From Octopus bimaculoides (lineage: Eukaryota), in assembly GCF_001194135.2 (NCBI RefSeq), contig NC_068988.1, forward strand, positions 8,994,736 through 9,036,477: a stretch of 41,742 bases of DNA. Reading direction: 5' to 3'. A program made the position numbers and the translations under genes. The stretch's first letter is position 1. The number at the start of each line of letters is the position of its first letter. The notes below the pieces were generated by a model. The model saw only the letters and a list, made by a program, of their open reading frames with translations. It had not been told where the DNA came from and searched no databases. Below are positions 37,085 to 41,742 of the stretch, in pieces.

Positions 37085-37762
37085 AAGACCAGCAATCACC
37101 TGTGCATACCAGCCTCACCTCTCCACACCACCGATGTTACCCAAGGGAAAGACAAAAGGGCCGATACAGCTTGGTACCAGAGAGGCGTCACAGTTCATTT
37201 CCACAGCTGAGGGAACTGGAGTAACGTGAAACAAAGTGTCTTACTCCCTTTTACTCGTTTCAGTCATTTGACTGAGGCCATGTTGGAGCACCGCCTTTAG
37301 TCAAGCAAATCGACCCCAGGACTTGTTCTTTGTAAGCCTAGTACTTATTCTATCGGTCTCACTTGCCGAACTGCTAAGTTACGGGGACATAAGCACACCA
37401 GCATCGGTTGTCAAGTGATGTTGGGGGGGACAAACACAGAGACACAAACGCACACACACACACACATATATATATATACATATATACGACGGTCTTCTTT
37501 CAGTTTCCGTCTACCAAATCCACTCACAAGGCTTTGGTCGGCCCGAGGCTATAGTGGAAGACACTTGACCAAGGTGCCACGCAGTGGGACTGAACTCGGA
37601 ACCATGTGGTTGGTAAGCAAGCTACTTACCACACAGCCACTCGTACGCCTATAAGAACTTCTTGTTTTGAAACAACACACAACAACCCAGCCTGGGAATC
37701 GAACTCACTACCTGATGATTGTGAGCCTGACGATTTAACCACTGAGCCATGTGCCTTCACAC
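37085..37762 (-). mobile_element. SINE family E split by a nested family A insertion
   Basis: aaagtgtcttactc (to ~37246) resumes as aagaac...gggaatcgaactcactacc...aaccactgagccatgtgccttcac after 37653; compare tatcttgctcaagaacac in the 26800 copy. Confidence 0.7.
37242..37652 (-). mobile_element. Full-length SINE family A
   Basis: Reverse-complement match to 19060-19493. Confidence 0.9.
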
Positions 37763-38267
37763 TTACAACAATAATCTCTTATTAAAACCCTTCTTCAAAA
37801 GCTGTGTCAAACTGTGATACACAGAGTAGGAAGAGTGAGAGGAATTGTTGATAGAGAGGAACAAGAAAATGCAAACGGCTGATGTTTTCATTAGAATGGT
37901 ACCAAGAAAGAGTTATATTATTAACAAAAGAACTCCCCACCCCACTCCAAATGCTGATTGTCTGGTTTCACGATGGTTGGACTCTTAGATAAGGTATTTC
38001 AAGTGAAGGTGGATGAGAAAGTGCACATCTGGTGAATGTTATTATGTAGAAGAGCAAACAGCAGTTAGATCTGATTACACCTGAAATAATTCACATGTAA
38101 TTTCTACCTTTCAAATGCCTAATTATAACCACCCCCACCTCCCACACAGACACACCTTTTTACCCGTTACTATGAGACTTTTAGTGAGAAATTATAGTAC
38201 AATGATTGAATGGTTAAGCTTGTGTGAGGTTAGCACAAGCCAGTCTGAAGTCATAGTCCTTCAATAT

Positions 38268-38620
38268 CATCATCATCATCATCATCATTGTTTAACGTCC
38301 ACTTTCCATGCTAGCATGGGTTGGACAATTTGACTGAGGACTGGTGAAACCAGATGGCTACATCAGGCTCCAATCTGATTTGGCTGAGTTCCTACAGTTG
38401 GATGCCCTTCCTAACACCAACCACTCCGAGAGTGTAGTGGGTGCTTTTACGTGCCATCGGCATGAAGGCCAGTTGGGCGGTACTGGCAACAGCCACACTC
38501 AAAATGGTGTATTTTACGTGCCACCTGCACAAGAGCCACTCCAGCGGCACTGGCAACGATCTCACTCGAAAGTCTTTACACGTGCCAGAAAGGCAACGCT
38601 GGACACAGGTGCCATCATGA
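38268..38620 (-). mobile_element. Family C retroposon
   Basis: Closely matches 11902-12230. Confidence 0.9.
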
Positions 38621-38648
38621 TTTCTGCCCCAACATTGTCTTAAAATTG

Positions 38649-38970
38649 TAACCCTTTTAATACAAAACTGCCCAGGACTGGCACTTGGTTCTATGATACA
38701 AATGTATTGTTTTAAGTGTTTTGGAAAGAATGATGAGTTTAGTAAAATAACAGTCATTGTCAAAATGGTATTTGGAAGCATAAATGAACATGGAATTTTG
38801 ATGGAGGGTTTTAATGTAGATCACTTTAACCCTTTTGTTACCATATTTCTACTGAAATACACTGTCTCTGTGTCAATTAATCTTGCAAACAACTGAAATG
38901 TATCTGTAACATAAATTAGCATGAAATTTTGATGGAAGGTTAATTTAAAACAGGAAGTTTTTATCCCCAA
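38649..38970. mobile_element. Nested or adjacent TTAA-MITE-like copies
   Basis: taacccttttaatacaaa at 38649 and TTAAcccttttgttaccatatttct at 38826; shared atgaaattttgatggaagg body. Confidence 0.65.
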
Positions 38971-39503
38971 GTAAGGGGAGACCTGGTTACTTTAGCTGGG
39001 GGGTTAAAACAAGTGTGAGGTTGGTGTTAACACAGCACCAATAAGAGAAAGACTCCAGGTAAGGTTTCCCAAGGAGTCACTGATTAGGGTAGATGAACCA
39101 GTTCAGGTCAATAGCCAAATGTTCGGGACCAGGGCAGTAGAAAACCAAGAGATGTGGTGAAATCTGGTTATGAGGTCATGAATGGATGCCCCAACAACCA
39201 AATGAACAAGGGACAGGAAGGAAGGAAGGATGGAAGGAATGTATGTAAGTTTAGTTAATTAAACATTTCTCATACTACCCATAACATTAAGAATATTAGC
39301 CCTCACCCCCAAACTACTTAATTATAACATTCCTAATTATATCAGTTTTATAATTATATTAATTAATACCTGATTTGTTTGTTATTTTTTTCCACTGTTA
39401 TTATTTAGAGAAGTTTTGTGGTGATGGAGGTGTGGTGTTGACATATATTTATATTATACATAAGAACCAACCAATTTCATATCTTTTAATAGTTTCATTT
39501 ATC

Positions 39504-40097
39504 TTAAATCCTGTTAATACCAAACTGCCTGAGACCACCCTTGTTTCTGCAATTCCAACTTCCTGTTTCAAAACGAAACTGGACGTGGTTCCTCCTGATG
39601 ATGTCTTGAGCTAACTGGATCCTAATCCACCAAGGGAAAGTATGTCAGAAGAAAGTAATTCAACAACGCGGGTTGATGAATCATAAGACGTGTGGCCAGA
39701 ACCTCCTGGAAAATAACCATAGCGAGGGACATTCCACAGTTGAATTAGAACAGTCACAAACAGTGAAAGAAGACATGCACCCAACACCAGAGCTGAAGAC
39801 ACCTCCGAAAGGGGATGGCCCCGCCACGTCAAAGCGGTAGAGGAGTAGGGGCCGAAACCGGACGTGGTTCCTCCTGATGATGTCTTGAGCTAACTGGATC
39901 CTATAAAGGAGCTGTTCTGGTAGCAGACCACGAAACATGGTTGAAATTCCTTATTCTTCCTAAATTAAAACTTTCTAATTAAATTTCATTTTTTTTTATG
40001 TCCCCAAACATTTGCTTAATAATGACAAAGTTATTTTTTAAAACTAATTAATACAAAGGCAATATTTCAACATAAATAATATGGTAACAAAAGGGTT
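39504..40097 (-). mobile_element. TTAA-MITE-like element split by a ~390-bp insert (39574-39959)
   Basis: Left arm ttaaatcctgttaataccaaactgcctgagacc...acttcctgtttcaaaa; right arm ctaaattaaaac...atggtaacaaaaggg; colinear with the intact copy at 40180-40388. Confidence 0.6.
39574..39903 (+). repeat. 51-bp direct repeat pair (39574-39624 and 39853-39903), period 279 bp, one mismatch
   Basis: cgaaac(t/c)ggacgtggttcctcctgatgatgtcttgagctaactggatccta occurs twice. Confidence 0.95.
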
Positions 40098-40179
40098 TTT
40101 AAATAGGGACCTCATTAGTTAATGTGGAGCTTCTATGTAGCCCACAGCCAAATCTCCCTCTCATGAAATTCCTTACTGT

Positions 40180-40388
40180 CTTTAAGTCTTCTGATACCAA
40201 CTCACTTGAGACCGTTCTTGATTCCATGACACAAAATTTTCTGTTTTAAAATGGTGTGAATTTTATGTCTCAAATACTTGCTTCATAATGACAAAAGTAT
40301 TTTACTAAATTCTTCATAATTCTACTAAATTAGTTGATAAAATGACAAACACAGGATTTCAATAGGAACATGGTGACAAAAAGGTTAA
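40180..40388 (-). mobile_element. TTAA-MITE-like element
   Basis: ttaagtcttctgataccaactcacttgagacc...atggtgacaaaaaggttaa. Confidence 0.6.
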
Positions 40389-40489
40389 ACCCAACTCTTT
40401 TAATACCTTTCAATTTGCTTATCAGTGGAATTATTGACAGCATCATTTGAGACGAAAGGAATGGTATCAGATAGATAGATAGAGTAATA

Positions 40490-40493
40490 GAGG

Positions 40494-40567
<74 letters not shown>
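40490..40567. repeat. (GA)n microsatellite
   Basis: Visible. Confidence 0.95.
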
Positions 40568-40571
<4 letters not shown>

Positions 40572-41427
40572 TATTCAGGAATGGATAGAAAGAGAGAAGT
40601 TGGTAGTCCATGAGGAATTTCCTTGCTAAAGTACTTTTATTTTCATTACATAATTATAGTTATTTTATAATTATTGCATTTACTTTCTCCCATCCTTAAG
40701 TAAACAGCACACTCAGTGTCTGTCTGTCCCTTACTTTTAATAGCGCTGACAATACACACACAAAGATCTAAATACGCACAAACAAAAAGGCCTCAACAGA
40801 TGCTCACATACAAAGGCACAGACACACACACAAACGCACACAATTTTGATTGAGAACAATAAGCTTTTCTGAAAAAGAAGTTATTTAATAGAGATTATAT
40901 GACCATCGTTAATAATTTAATTAAAGCAACAGAGTAATCTAGCCTTTTCTTTTATTGCTAATGAAACAGAATTCATTATTATTTCAAACGTAAACATTTT
41001 ATTGGTCTATTATTAAGAGTCATAATAAAAATAAATTTAATTAAACAAAAATCTTTGAAATATTTTATTTGTAATTTTTTTTATTGTATTTTGATGAGTT
41101 CAAATATTTTCCTGTTTCTATTGTATTTTGTTTTAATTTAATTCTATTTTATTTTTACCAGACATTATAATAATGTGGGTTGAGGCGGGGGGGAAACATT
41201 GGTTGAATATAGAAGTGATAATGTAGTTACTTAGGTAAAATCCACACCAAAGATACTCTGCCTCCCACACAGGAACTCAAAGGTAACACTGCAATGCTGA
41301 AAACACTTCCATATTGTCAGCAGGTATCTCGGGGTCACAAGCGTACTCTGTACGCTTCACCTGAGCAAAATATAAATCTAAGGATTCTTTCAAAGATAGA
41401 ATAACTGCAGGCGTAGCTATAAATGCA

Positions 41428-41700
41428 GGCATGGGTGTGTGGTGAAGTAGCTGTTTCCCAACCATATGGTCATGAGTTCAGTCCCACCGTGCTGCACATT
41501 GGGCAAGAATCTTCTACTATAGGTGCAAAAGTGGCTGTATGGTAAGTAGCTTGCTTACCAACCACATGGTTGCGGGTTCATTCCCACTGCGTGGCACCTT
41601 GGGCAAGTGTCTTCTACTATAGCCTCAGGCCGACCAAAGCCTTGTGAGTGGATTTGGTAGACGGAAACTGAAAGTAGCCCATCGTATATGCATATATATG
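41428..41700 (+). mobile_element. Old SINE A head (41428-41520) directly followed by a younger SINE A 5' half (41521-41700)
   Basis: Both carry gttca(g/t)tccca...tgggcaag...cttctactat; the second begins exactly after cttctactat of the first. Confidence 0.85.
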
Positions 41701-41704
41701 TATT

Positions 41705-41742
41705 CGTGCGGGTGACACGTAAAAGCACCCACTACACTCTCT
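41705..41742 (+). mobile_element. Start of a family C body, cut by the window end
   Basis: gacacgtaaaagcacccactacactct. Confidence 0.7.

Noticed and set aside
39676-39840. 54-aa ORF MNHKTCGQNLLENNHSEG...KR between the direct repeats
   Set aside because: Short, no recognisable motif, and it lies within an apparent mobile insert.
39817-39868. HDV-like or pistol ribozyme
   Set aside because: No P3/L3, P1.1 or J4/2 elements for HDV; the pistol-like words (CGTGGTT, GCCACGT) are in the wrong order.
39574-39903. CRISPR-like or LTR-pair reading of the 51-bp direct repeats
   Set aside because: Only two units with a 228-bp interval in eukaryotic context; no TG...CA ends, primer-binding site or TSD.

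Overview
Eukaryotic, AT-rich, repeat-dense genomic window with about 3.9 kb of assembly N-gaps. The microsatellite load and the interspersed repeat families match my recollection of octopus (coleoid cephalopod) DNA; I cannot verify that here. Almost every ORF in the supplied track is a translation of a microsatellite, a gap or a SINE. Family letters A-F are my own labels. The window contains many copies of three tRNA-head SINE-like families (A, B, E), a (GAT)n-tailed retroposon family (C), TTAA-bounded MITE-like elements, and two decayed LINE ORF2 fragments (RTE-like and CR1/L2-like). It also has several short exon candidates, best supported as a phase-compatible minus-strand set plus one plus-strand exon; I recognise no gene product. 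The two most unusual observations are a ~93-nt 28S rRNA fragment embedded at the B-box of a SINE (34475-34567) and a ~390-bp insert with a 51-bp direct repeat and hammerhead-ribozyme-like motifs that splits a MITE (39574-39959). I see no prokaryotic-type system such as CRISPR or an operon.
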